Shown in pieces: positions 1 through 7,377 of a stretch of 25,650 bases of DNA. The stretch's first letter is position 1; each line of letters opens with the position of its first letter. Below the pieces are notes generated by a model, which saw only the letters and a program-made list of their open reading frames with translations, had not been told where the DNA came from and did not search any database. Both the position numbers and the translations under genes were made by a program. Origin of the DNA: a virus. Its lineage: Duplodnaviria; Caudoviricetes. Location: positions 1-25,650 of the IMG/VR virus record IMGVR_UViG_3300033182_000451. The stretch is one strand, 5' to 3'.

Positions 1-168
1 ATGGGCTTTGTGGCTGCATGGAATCCCATTGTTGCCTCAGACATCACAGCGGGCATTCAAGCCTTTCTGACGGCTCTGCCGAGCGATCTATACAACGCCT
101 TCATTGTTGGCTTCCTGGGCTACGGGGGCATGAGGACATTTGAGAAAATCAAAGGAGTGAGTAAATGA
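1..168 (+). CDS. Holin of the 3TM (GTA-holin-like) family, C-terminal part; 5' end probably outside the window
   Basis: Own translation MGFVAAWNPIVASDITAGIQAFLTALPSDLYNAFIVGFLGYGGMRTFEKIKGVSK*. The ending FLGYGGMRTFEKxKG is the characteristic 3TM holin C-terminus. Confidence 0.75.
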   Translation: MGFVAAWNPIVASDITAGIQAFLTALPSDLYNAFIVGFLGYGGMRTFEKIKGVSK

Positions 169-284
169 TTGAGAAAGTGAAAAGCTGGTTCTTTGGCCTT
201 AAACCAGAGATTCAGATTTTTGTCGCGGCTGCGTCCACAATCTTTGTGGTTGCTATGCTTCAAGCGTTGGTAGGGCTGTTCTAA
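165..284 (+). CDS. Small single-TM membrane protein (39 aa), lysis-module associated
   Basis: ATGA overlap with the holin stop and an AAGGAG upstream. MIEKVKSWFFGLKPEIQIFVAAASTIFVVAMLQALVGLF has a hydrophobic C-terminal half. Confidence 0.6.
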   Translation: MIEKVKSWFFGLKPEIQIFVAAASTIFVVAMLQALVGLF

Positions 285-287
285 TGG

Positions 288-386
288 TCACAGAAGCGTG
301 AGGTAGTCCATCAGCCTCAGATTGGCGTTCCTATCGCAACAGATGGGGTTGTGAGGGTTGCGTCGGGTTCGGTCGCTATCCGTCAC
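288..386 (-). CDS. Putative 32-aa peptide next to attP
   Basis: GTG start preceded by AGGAGG. Translation MTDSDRTRRNPHNPICCDRNANLRLMDYLTLL*. No family recognised. Confidence 0.3.
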   Translation of the reverse strand: MTDSDRTRRNPHNPICCDRNANLRLMDYLTLL

Positions 387-469
387 GCCTTCCTCCTGCA
401 GTCGGGGTGGGTCAGGTGCGCGTGATTCGGCGCAGTTCCCACGGGAAGGTGGGTCAGTTCTGAAAATCG

Positions 470-550
470 TAACTGATTGTTTTTATTGGCTCGGGGAAGC
501 CCCCTAGGGGACGCCAAGCCGATTTTCGAGCCAATCATTTCAATCCCTTA
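470..550. promoter_or_regulatory. Two IHF-like sites flanking the attP core
   Basis: TAACTGATTGTTT (470-482) and TTTCAATCCCTTA (538-550) are imperfect matches to WATCAANNNNTTR in opposite orientations. Confidence 0.5.
501..516 (+). other. attP core, duplicate of a tRNA 3' end (tRNA-Glu type)
   Basis: CCCCTAGGGGACGCCA matches the 3' terminus of the proteobacterial tRNA-Glu as I recall it (..GGTTCGAATCCCCTAGGGGACGCCA). It lies just beyond the integrase stop, between arm-like repeats. Confidence 0.75.
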
Positions 551-1668
551 TCGGCCGAAAGTGACCCACCGGTCTCCTGGCCGGAATAAAGTGGGTCAAC
601 CTTTGCCATGGCGCGTTGTGTCATTGCTCTGCGGTCTGCCTCTCGCGTATAGCGCTGCGCTTCGGAAAGAGTGAGCCAGCCGAAAATGGCCATGAGTTCA
701 TGAGGCGTGGCGCCGTTCATAGCAGCGATAGTCGCTCCAGCTTTTCTCAATCCATGTGCCGAGCAATGCTCAAGACCGGCTTTGATGCAATTGTCTTTGA
801 ACCAGTTGCTGAATCCCTTGGCGGTGAACGGCTTGCCAAACGCGGTAACGATGTACGTCATGTTGCCAGACGGGCAGGCGTCAATAGCGGTTCTGAGGCG
901 CGGGAGGATCGGCAGTTCGCGCTTTTTATTGTAGCGCTTTTCGCCTTTCACCTCAGTAAAGTATAGCCAGCCGCGACGCTCCATTTGCCTTCCCAAGCGG
1001 CAGGCGTCCGAAACACGGGTTCCGGTTAGCAGCAGCAGCTCAAGCGCCAAACGTTCGCGCGTCCCAAGCGGGAAGTGGCGGCAATACTGCGCAATCTCGT
1101 CGGTCGTGAATGTGTGATGGCCCGTCGAATTGCTTTGCAGCCGGCGCATGTTTAGGGCCGGGTTCTGTTCGACATATCCCGCCTCAATGGCCCAGCTAAA
1201 CATATGCCGGATAAATTTAATCAGGTTGTTTGCCGCCTCCGGCGTTGCGGCCCGTTCATCCCGAACCTGCTTGACGTGCTTTCGCTGCATGTGGGCATAG
1301 GCCAGTGACCCGCGAGGCTTGCCGTTCTGCAGGCTTTGGCAAAAGTTATCCAATACGCGGCGCCGCATAGAGCGCGTTGATTCAGACAGACCCAGGAAAT
1401 CGCTCGATTTGTAATACTGCTCGACAAGCCAGCGGAGCGTTTGCGGTTGGGCGATCTGGGGCTCAGAGATTGCCAGCATCCCGGCACGTGCGCGGCGGTA
1501 TTCATCCAAGAAAGCCGGGCTGCCGACGTCTTCTCTTAGGCGCGTTTTCTTACCCCTTGAGCGGTAGTAAAAGCGCGTCTTGCCGTGCCTGTCCCGGTCT
1601 GAGTACAGGTTGTTCAGGTCGATTGTGCCGGAGCCGTCTGTCAGGCGGATCTTCACGCCGCATCCCAC
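535..1668 (-). CDS. int: Tyrosine integrase
   Basis: Catalytic motifs TGTRVSD (R), HGLRK (HxxR), IFGW (W for H) and QRYTR (Y). N-terminal DRHGKTRFYYR arm-binding domain. Confidence 0.95.
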   Translation of the reverse strand: MGCGVKIRLTDGSGTIDLNNLYSDRDRHGKTRFYYRSRGKKTRLREDVGSPAFLDEYRRARAGMLAISEPQIAQPQTLRWLVEQYYKSSDFLGLSESTRSMRRRVLDNFCQSLQNGKPRGSLAYAHMQRKHVKQVRDERAATPEAANNLIKFIRHMFSWAIEAGYVEQNPALNMRRLQSNSTGHHTFTTDEIAQYCRHFPLGTRERLALELLLLTGTRVSDACRLGRQMERRGWLYFTEVKGEKRYNKKRELPILPRLRTAIDACPSGNMTYIVTAFGKPFTAKGFSNWFKDNCIKAGLEHCSAHGLRKAGATIAAMNGATPHELMAIFGWLTLSEAQRYTREADRRAMTQRAMAKVDPLYSGQETGGSLSADKGLK

Positions 1669-1880
1669 TGATTAGCCTCCCCCTTAGTTGGCAACGTCTC
1701 AAACGAAGCGTCAAGTTCCTCTTTGTCCCAAACCCGCCGTTGCCCGATTTCCTTTGGCTGCGGCATCCGCCCGTCCTTCACCATCTCGTCAAAGGTGGTC
1801 GTGCCGACCCCGATATACAGGGCGGCCTGGGTGCGGGTGAGTCCACGGGGCATGAAGGGCAGCGCCTTGTCCAAGGTCAT
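1653..1880 (-). CDS. xis: Excisionase / AlpA-like HTH recombination directionality factor
   Basis: PRGLTRTQAALYIGVGTTTFDEMVKDGRMPQP...RVWD motif; overlaps the int start. Confidence 0.85.
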   Translation of the reverse strand: MTLDKALPFMPRGLTRTQAALYIGVGTTTFDEMVKDGRMPQPKEIGQRRVWDKEELDASFETLPTKGEANQWDAA

Positions 1881-1883
1881 CCC

Positions 1884-1979
1884 CTACCCCTCAACAGCCA
1901 TGATGCCGCTCAGATCGTCTTCTGGCGCTGCTTGCGTGATAATAATCGCCTGACGCTCTGGTGTTAGTTCTGTAATCAC
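1884..1979 (-). CDS. Hypothetical 31-aa peptide
   Basis: GTGA overlap with the upstream stop, AGGAGAGAGG upstream, and it fills the gap to xis. MITELTPERQAIIITQAAPEDDLSGIMAVEG. Confidence 0.45.
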   Translation of the reverse strand: MITELTPERQAIIITQAAPEDDLSGIMAVEG

Positions 1980-2344
1980 GCCTCTCTCCTAGCTATCTGC
2001 CTCGCCACTGCGTAGGCGTCTATGTCTCCGCTGTGTTCAAACAGATAGCGGGCGCCTGCTTTGATGTTGGGGAATCCGTTCTCTATCCACCAAGCCAACT
2101 CGTTACCGCGTACATGCTGAGCAAGAGGACTGTTCTGGTGACACTCACCACACAAAGGGACCACTAGGCTTGCGTCTGGCTTGCGGGCCATGGTGTAGAA
2201 GCCGTGGCGTATATGGCACCTCATTGATTGCGACGGCTTTAGGCAGCGGAAACAGTCAAGGGTGGCAATCCAATCCTCATGCTTCGGACTGCCCTTCTTC
2301 TCCCGCTTCGGTGTAGGTCCGTGGTCGTCCATGAGGTAGGTCAC
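1976..2344 (-). CDS. DUF968-like Zn-binding putative HNH-fold nuclease
   Basis: WIATLDCFRC...HIRHG...KPD..LVVPLCGECH...QH..GNELAWW pattern. Confidence 0.7.
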   Translation of the reverse strand: MTYLMDDHGPTPKREKKGSPKHEDWIATLDCFRCLKPSQSMRCHIRHGFYTMARKPDASLVVPLCGECHQNSPLAQHVRGNELAWWIENGFPNIKAGARYLFEHSGDIDAYAVARQIARREA

Positions 2345-2754
2345 GCCACTATCCTCTCAATTTCCGCCTTCAAATCGACATCATCCAAGCCGGGTATAAT
2401 CCGCTCACAGACAAGGCGAACCACCTTGGCGTAGAACTCCGAAAACTGCGTTTGGTCCATCTTGTGGAACGCTATAGACCGGGGAACGTGGATCGGCTCA
2501 CCGTTGCGCTTGTGGTATGTCTTGCAATGTCCCGTAGCGATTTTGATAACATTCACCAGATCGTCTAGCGTCTCGTATGTTTCTTGATTCTCGAAAACCT
2601 TATTCATCAGCGCAAAGAACAGTCTGTGGTGGCGGGCGTTTCTTGGCTGCTTAATCTCCACGCGCACGACCGCACCCAGCTTGATACGCGGCAACTCACC
2701 GCCGTCTGCGGGCTCTAAGCCACCTAGTGTTTTGCGCATGAATAGTTCGGTCAT
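2341..2754 (-). CDS. DUF1367-family phage protein
   Basis: PRNARHHRLFFAL...GH....PRSIAFHKMDQTQFSEFY motifs. Confidence 0.8.
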   Translation of the reverse strand: MTELFMRKTLGGLEPADGGELPRIKLGAVVRVEIKQPRNARHHRLFFALMNKVFENQETYETLDDLVNVIKIATGHCKTYHKRNGEPIHVPRSIAFHKMDQTQFSEFYAKVVRLVCERIIPGLDDVDLKAEIERIVA

Positions 2755-3425
2755 GCGGCCCTCAACATTCGGGACATAAGCTCAATAGCAGCAATCTCTT
2801 TCGCTGTTTTTGAATCCCCATATTTGGTTTCATAAAAACTTACATATCGGCTGCTACATTTGTGGCATAGCGGGGAAAATTTAAATCGTGGGTCGTCTTG
2901 CCGAGTGTTCCGAGGTGATGCAATCATTGCTTCGTTCCATTCGTCGCTGCGAAAGAACGCCCACGAATTATTAAACCGCCAAAGTTTCTGTGTTTTGCGG
3001 TTTGTGTCATTGCCGCACACATCGCCACAAATGGCGCAAGATATGCCGTACATCTCGCACATCTGATAGATAGAACCGCGCACGTTGTAATGCGGTTCTT
3101 CTATGTAGACTCCAAAGCCGCCGTATTTTTCTATTAAGTTTCTGTGCTGGTTAAACTCTTTGACTAATTTTTCTCTAGGAATCCTCCACATATTGGCGTG
3201 TTTGATTGCCTTCATGTACCTAAGAACTTTGTCAATATCGTCTACACTTCTCAGATCACGTTCGCGGCGTTTGTATTCTTTTGATGACCAGGAAATAAGA
3301 TTTTTCAAAGACCCAACAATAACCCCGCGTCCTTTTAAATGCCTAAACTCACGCATACCGCGCACAACCCCCGCCATTTCGGCGAGGGTGTGGCTGTAGA
3401 CGGTATTCATGCCGTCACGGGGCAT
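2751..3425 (-). CDS. Hypothetical basic protein with CxxC pairs (possible HNH-like/Zn-binding nuclease)
   Basis: 224-aa ORF, visibly AT-richer than its neighbours. CAICG and PLCHKC motifs. Confidence 0.55.
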   Translation of the reverse strand: MPRDGMNTVYSHTLAEMAGVVRGMREFRHLKGRGVIVGSLKNLISWSSKEYKRRERDLRSVDDIDKVLRYMKAIKHANMWRIPREKLVKEFNQHRNLIEKYGGFGVYIEEPHYNVRGSIYQMCEMYGISCAICGDVCGNDTNRKTQKLWRFNNSWAFFRSDEWNEAMIASPRNTRQDDPRFKFSPLCHKCSSRYVSFYETKYGDSKTAKEIAAIELMSRMLRAA

Positions 3426-3429
3426 TTTT

Positions 3430-3696
3430 CTACACCTGCCCCAACGCTAGGGTGGTGGGCTGCTTCAATGTCTTTGTAATTGAGCCAGCGCCGGAAGCCG
3501 AATTTGCAAACCTTGCAAAATCCAGCTCCATTTTCACGCTGGACACAATCTGCGCGGACAGTTTAGCGACGGCCTGAGCGCGTTGTGCATTGCCTTCGCC
3601 AGACCGCAAGAGGTCCAGTTCGTCAAACAGCGCGTCACGCAGGCCGATCGACGTTCGTTCGATGTTTTCAAGTGTGGGGGTTTTTGCCTTTGCCAT
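3430..3696 (-). CDS. Conserved helical phage protein (88 aa)
   Basis: Start reassigned to ATG 3696 behind AGGAG. LRDALFDELDLL...RAQAVAKLSAQIV..VKMELD motif. Confidence 0.7.
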   Translation of the reverse strand: MAKAKTPTLENIERTSIGLRDALFDELDLLRSGEGNAQRAQAVAKLSAQIVSSVKMELDFARFANSASGAGSITKTLKQPTTLALGQV

Positions 3697-3749
3697 AAGG
3701 TCAATTACTCCTAAGTGTGTGGATGCAGTTAAACGGCGCATCCGTCCCG

Positions 3750-4130
3750 CTAGAACGGAATCTCATCGTCCATGTCGCCGCTGGGCGCGTCCCAACTTTC
3801 ATCGGTCGGTGTTTCTTTTTTCGGCGCGTTTAGGAAGGTCAGGTCTGATACACTCAATTCCAGGCTCACCCGCTTCTGCCCGTCTTTCTCGTATTCCCGC
3901 GCTTCCATATGGCCCGTGACCTGTACGCCACTGCCTTTGACTAGGTGGTTTGCAAGGCTCTCGGCACGCTTGCCGAATACAGAACAGCGCACCCATTGGG
4001 TTGTTTTCTTCTCGCCATATCCTGAGTCATCGGGAAGGGTGAATGAAAGAACAGTGGTTCCGCTTTGAGTCTTTCGAACCTCGGCGGGCTTAAAGAGAAA
4101 TCCGGCGAGGGTCGTTGATGATTGGGGCAT
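3750..4130 (-). CDS. ssb: Single-stranded DNA-binding protein
   Basis: OB-fold motifs (WVRCSVFGKRAE, KGSGVQVTG) and acidic tail DDEIPF. Confidence 0.95.
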   Translation of the reverse strand: MPQSSTTLAGFLFKPAEVRKTQSGTTVLSFTLPDDSGYGEKKTTQWVRCSVFGKRAESLANHLVKGSGVQVTGHMEAREYEKDGQKRVSLELSVSDLTFLNAPKKETPTDESWDAPSGDMDDEIPF

Positions 4131-4132
4131 GA

Positions 4133-4777
4133 TTACTCCGCTGCTTGTTGTGTTGGGGTCTGGGCACGTTTGAGCGCCGCTACAACGCGGTCACGCTCTG
4201 TAATTACGTCTGTGATGCCTTGGTTAAGGGCGTCCCATAACTTGTCATCAGGCTCTTGGCGGATGGTCAGCATGGGTAGCTTTGGGTGATAGAAGATCAG
4301 GTCACACCACTTGCGTTCGCAGATCAGCATCTGCCCCTGCACCTGTTGAATGTAGGTTGTGGGACATTTGCCGTGCTTCTCATAGTAGAGAATGGCGCTG
4401 ATGTGGTTTTCAGGCTTGAGGCATTTAATCTCCACCATGCCGTCTTCGCCCACTAATCCGTCAGGGCTGCAGCCGGCTAGGCGGTCATCCGTGGTGACAA
4501 AGCCAACGGACTCCACTTTGAAGTCATTGGCAAATTCGTAGAGGTGAATAGCCTCACCCTCTAATTCTTTGCCGCGTTCGGTCCACTGATTTCCCTCCCA
4601 GACCTCCAAAGGCTCACCGGCAAACAGTTCGCCCGCTAAAGTCAGGGCGTACCCTTCAAGCGATTTGGACGGCTCGCCCTTGCTGGTTATCAGTTTGGAA
4701 AACTCCGAGGCCGTTGGGATTCCACACCGCGCCGCGTACCATTCCGGGCTGCGTTGCTCAAAGTCCAGGATAATCAT
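4133..4777 (-). CDS. Lambda-exonuclease / YqaJ-family exonuclease
   Basis: EQRSPEWYAAR, TASE, GCSPDGLV, EIKC and QVQGQM motifs. Confidence 0.93.
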   Translation of the reverse strand: MIILDFEQRSPEWYAARCGIPTASEFSKLITSKGEPSKSLEGYALTLAGELFAGEPLEVWEGNQWTERGKELEGEAIHLYEFANDFKVESVGFVTTDDRLAGCSPDGLVGEDGMVEIKCLKPENHISAILYYEKHGKCPTTYIQQVQGQMLICERKWCDLIFYHPKLPMLTIRQEPDDKLWDALNQGITDVITERDRVVAALKRAQTPTQQAAE

Positions 4778-5364
4778 GCTGCAGCCCTCTGCTTTTTGGT
4801 TTCCAGGGCGTGCTTGGCTTTCGAGAAGTGCGCGGCAGGAATGTCCTTGATGCTGTTCCAGCCAAAGTGCTGGCAGAACGCGGGAACGTCGGTTCCCGTT
4901 TCGTCAATCAGCGCCGTAAGTTCTTTCACTTGCGCGTCTGTGATTTTCTCGTTGGGATCGGGCTTCTGACTGGCCGCTGTGTTGCCGTCATCGTCCTCGT
5001 CAGCAACCACGCCAAGCGTTGCGCTCAGTCCATAGCGGCGTCCGTACGTAATGGCGGAGCCAACGCCTTGCGCGTCACGTTTTTGGCCAAGGGGCACTGT
5101 GAGCGGGCCGCACTCAATCCATTGCCCGGAGGAATGAATGATGCGGGTGGATACCGTTACGCCTTCCGCCGTCGTTTGAACGTCTTGGATTGCAGCCAGC
5201 TCGTTCTCGCTTAAGGCGTCCTGGCAAGCAGCCCAGACAGCGTTTAGATCGGCGTACTTAGACTTAAAAAACGGGTTGTCCGTGTCCTTGGCCGCTTTCT
5301 TGAGGCTTGATTGCGCCTTGATAAACGCAGCCACGACGGCTTCACATTTTTCACTCATTTGCAT
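4774..5364 (-). CDS. erf: ERF-family ssDNA annealing protein
   Basis: NPFFKSKYADL, HSSGQWI, QGVGSAITYGRRY and DEDDDGN motifs. Start reassigned to ATG 5364 behind GAAAGGA. Confidence 0.93.
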   Translation of the reverse strand: MQMSEKCEAVVAAFIKAQSSLKKAAKDTDNPFFKSKYADLNAVWAACQDALSENELAAIQDVQTTAEGVTVSTRIIHSSGQWIECGPLTVPLGQKRDAQGVGSAITYGRRYGLSATLGVVADEDDDGNTAASQKPDPNEKITDAQVKELTALIDETGTDVPAFCQHFGWNSIKDIPAAHFSKAKHALETKKQRAAA

Positions 5365-5383
5365 AGCAAAATTCCTTTCAAAC

Positions 5384-5473
5384 TCATGCGAACACCACAA
5401 ACGCGCCAAAAACAGCGCTGAAAAACAGGAACAGCGCCAAGGTTTCAGCAAAAATGGTCAGCCAGTAGTTCAT
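5384..5473 (-). CDS. 29-aa hydrophobic membrane peptide
   Basis: ATGA-coupled to the upstream gene. MNYWLTIFAETLALFLFFSAVFGAFVVFA*. Confidence 0.55.
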   Translation of the reverse strand: MNYWLTIFAETLALFLFFSAVFGAFVVFA

Positions 5474-5703
5474 GCGACCTGCTCCACTGCCTGTTGTGGT
5501 TTTGCCTCTAACTCAAGCCGGTCGATTTGTTCGGCAAGGGACGCGCGGACCAACTCAACATCACCGCAGCAGACCAACTCAGCGCGGGCGCGGGGGTCCT
5601 GTAGATCGTTCATGCACTCGGCCTTGTTTTTGAGCGCCGCATCCAAGAGGGTCATGTACTTACGGAGGCGGGAGGCGTCCTGGGCGTAGTGAATGGCCTT
5701 CAT
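5470..5703 (-). CDS. Hypothetical early protein
   Basis: 77-aa ORF with ATGA overlaps at both ends. Confidence 0.7.
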   Translation of the reverse strand: MKAIHYAQDASRLRKYMTLLDAALKNKAECMNDLQDPRARAELVCCGDVELVRASLAEQIDRLELEAKPQQAVEQVA

Positions 5704-5927
5704 GCCGCCACCCCTTCATACCGGGCTTCTTCTTCCAGCTTTGGCAGCCAGCAATCGATTGTATCGGCCATGAGGTCGCCGTAAGCGGCCTCAACCCGCG
5801 CCTCAAACTCAGCGTAATAGGCGCGGTCTACGGTGTGCTTAAACAGCTTTAGCAACTCAGCCTGGTGCGCGGCAATTAGCTCACGAGCGGCTGTCAATTC
5901 GGCTAATTCTTCTTGGGTGCGGGTCAT
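5700..5927 (-). CDS. Hypothetical early protein, first gene of the PL operon
   Basis: 75-aa ORF with a GGAGG RBS directly downstream of the PL-like promoter. Confidence 0.75.
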   Translation of the reverse strand: MTRTQEELAELTAARELIAAHQAELLKLFKHTVDRAYYAEFEARVEAAYGDLMADTIDCWLPKLEEEARYEGVAA

Positions 5928-5945
5928 CGCGTCCTCCGTTGTTGA

Positions 5946-6006
5946 TGGTTGGAATATAAATCCAACCAGGAGGCGCGGTCAAGAAAAAATTGGAATTTAA
6001 TTCAAA
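5946..6006 (-). promoter_or_regulatory. PL-like promoter with two repressor operators
   Basis: Minus strand TTGACC (5982-5977), 18 nt, TATATT (5958-5953). Perfect palindrome TGGTTGGA-N7-TCCAACCA (5946-5968) lies over the -10, and imperfect TTGGA-N7-TCAAA is at 5990-6006. Confidence 0.8.
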
Positions 6007-6035
6007 TTTATTTTAGGCCCGATCTCGGACTCTGG

Positions 6036-6295
6036 GGAATTAGGGACAAAGCCCAAAATTTTCTTGCAGTCTGTCCCTAATTCCGGCCGGATTTTATATG
6101 GACAAAACTCGGCTAAATTTTCGGTGAGTTTCGTCCATTAGAAAAAAGAGTTTTATTTCAGAAGCTTAGCGGTTGCCAAACAGTTTAGAACAAGGCTGGG
6201 GGTTCTAAACGCGCCAGCACGTTTACGGGGCAGAAAAGGTGCTTATTCGCAAAACTAGGGACAAACCGAGTCTTTAATCTGGCGTGTGTCCCTAA
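6036..6295. repeat. Array of four related inverted repeats (TAGGGACA...TGTCCCTA family) in the cI-PL intergenic region
   Basis: GGAATTAGGGACA/TGTCCCTAATTCC (6036-6084), ATGGACAAAACTC/GAGTTTCGTCCAT (6098-6138), GTTTAGAAC/GTTCTAAAC (6183-6210) and TAGGGACA/TGTCCCTA (6256-6294). Confidence 0.85.
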
Positions 6296-6334
6296 TAATT
6301 GAACCGGTTACATTGGACCCGTAAGACCAATTTA

Positions 6335-6949
6335 TTAACTGCGTACTCGCAAGCCGCCGACAACCAGATGAGCGGATTTTAGCCGATCTGTGGGGAATCG
6401 GACATCTTCAGGCGGGTTGTGCTGAAAGCAAATCATCTCTTTCTGGGTGCGGCGTACAAGCTGCTTAATAAAGCACTGCCCGTCCGTAAGCTGAATGACC
6501 AGATCGTCTCCGGGCGCGGGTGAGCGGGAGGGGTCAACCCAGACGATGCAATCATGCTTAAAAACCGGCTCCATGGACGTGTCGTGGACGCGTACAGCGT
6601 AGGCTTGACTGTTGCCAATGAGGAAAACCGGGCGCTCTGTAAAACCCTGGGGTTCCCCGTTGTCCATGAAAAAACCCTCTTTTCCAGCCCGAACAAAGCC
6701 AAAAATAGGAAGGTCGCGCCTAGAAGCCTGAGAAATCGGAGATTGAGGTGCAATCCCTTCTTTTAACCACAACGCTTCTACGGCTAAAGCGGTTGCCAGC
6801 TTCTCAAGGGTATCGCCACGGGGCTGGGCAACTCCACCCCGTAGATATTTATTGATATTATCATAGGACACGCCAGAGGTCCGCGCCAAGTCGGCCTTAT
6901 TCATGTCGACACGCTTCATAGCCTCTCTGAGTCTATCGGCCCATTTCAT
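6335..6949 (-). CDS. cI: CI-like repressor (XRE HTH plus S24 autopeptidase)
   Basis: HTH (ADRLREAM...KADLARTSGVSYDNINKYLRG), cleavage-site VRAG, catalytic DTSMEP (Ser) and FIKQL (Lys). Start reassigned to ATG 6949. Confidence 0.93.
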   Translation of the reverse strand: MKWADRLREAMKRVDMNKADLARTSGVSYDNINKYLRGGVAQPRGDTLEKLATALAVEALWLKEGIAPQSPISQASRRDLPIFGFVRAGKEGFFMDNGEPQGFTERPVFLIGNSQAYAVRVHDTSMEPVFKHDCIVWVDPSRSPAPGDDLVIQLTDGQCFIKQLVRRTQKEMICFQHNPPEDVRFPTDRLKSAHLVVGGLRVRS

Positions 6950-7000
6950 CCCGTCCGCAGCATAACCGCAGTGGGATTTACCCGCTCTGGAAAAAAAGGC

Positions 7001-7029
7001 TTGCATGTTGGAAATAAAATCCATATTAT
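7001..7029 (+). promoter_or_regulatory. PR-like promoter with an operator in the spacer
   Basis: TTGCAT (7001-7006), 17 nt, TATTAT (7024-7029). TTGGA-N7-TCCAT at 7008-7024 is the same operator motif as at PL. Confidence 0.82.
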
Positions 7030-7036
7030 CCAATAT

Positions 7037-7240
7037 ATGGAACTTACAACGGCAGATATTATCAAGTTATTGGGCGGCAAAGAGGCGGCTAAGTCCGCTT
7101 TGGGTGTCGGCAAGTGGGCGATGTATAAGTGGCATGAAAACGGCATACCGCCTCGCCACTGGAGGCCGATTGCCGAGCGTTTAAACCTTGCCATTGATGA
7201 TGTTGCCAAAGTGCGCCCTGCAAAAGCAGAGGCAGCATGA
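7037..7240 (+). CDS. cro: Cro-like HTH protein (67 aa)
   Basis: Divergent from cI. IIKLLGGKEAAKSALGVGKWAMYKWHENGIPPRHW is a typical Cro/YdaS-like pattern. ATG 7037 lies 7 nt after the -10. Confidence 0.88.
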   Translation: MELTTADIIKLLGGKEAAKSALGVGKWAMYKWHENGIPPRHWRPIAERLNLAIDDVAKVRPAKAEAA

Positions 7241-7346
7241 GATTCGCCGTCACTCTGTGCGGCGAGGGGGCTGCACCCCGTCCCCTGATCCCCATGGCAG
7301 CCCCCAGCCTTTCTCCAGGCGCTTGTGTGCGCGTCCCTAAAACTAA

Positions 7347-7377
7347 CCCCGGTGCCTTCGGGCATCGGGGGCTTTTT
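7347..7377 (+). terminator. tR1-like intrinsic terminator
   Basis: CCCCGGTGCC-TTCG-GGCATCGGGG stem with a C(UUCG)G loop, followed by GCTTTTT. Confidence 0.75.

Larger units (their letters stand above)
406..598. repeat. Putative integrase arm-type sites of attP, (G)GTGGGTCA
   Basis: GGTGGGTCAG at 406-415 and 448-457, the inverted copy TGACCCACC at 562-570, and GTGGGTCA at 591-598. Two copies lie on each side of the core. Confidence 0.75.

Noticed and set aside
440-520. Complete tRNA gene
   Set aside because: Only the last 16 nt match a tRNA. There is no TTCGAAT T-loop, anticodon arm or D arm.
5997-6011. CtrA box TTAA-N7-TTAA
   Set aside because: Second half reads TTAT in very AT-rich DNA that overlaps an operator; a chance match is likely.
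6183-6210. Alphaproteobacterial LexA box
   Set aside because: The site is GAAC-N10-GTTC inverted, whereas the box is the direct repeat GTTC-N7-GTTC.
6036-6295. CRISPR array
   Set aside because: Units are inverted repeats with variable interiors and irregular spacing, not identical direct repeats with uniform spacers. No cas genes are present.
6950-7036. Long N-terminal extensions of cI and cro in the ORF track
   Set aside because: They run through each other's promoter and operator region; the HTH domains begin at 6949 and 7037.
7332-7340. Lone CGTCCCTAA half-site matching the cI-PL array, as a possible antisense target
   Set aside because: An 8-nt match is expected by chance in a window this size, and pairing does not extend.
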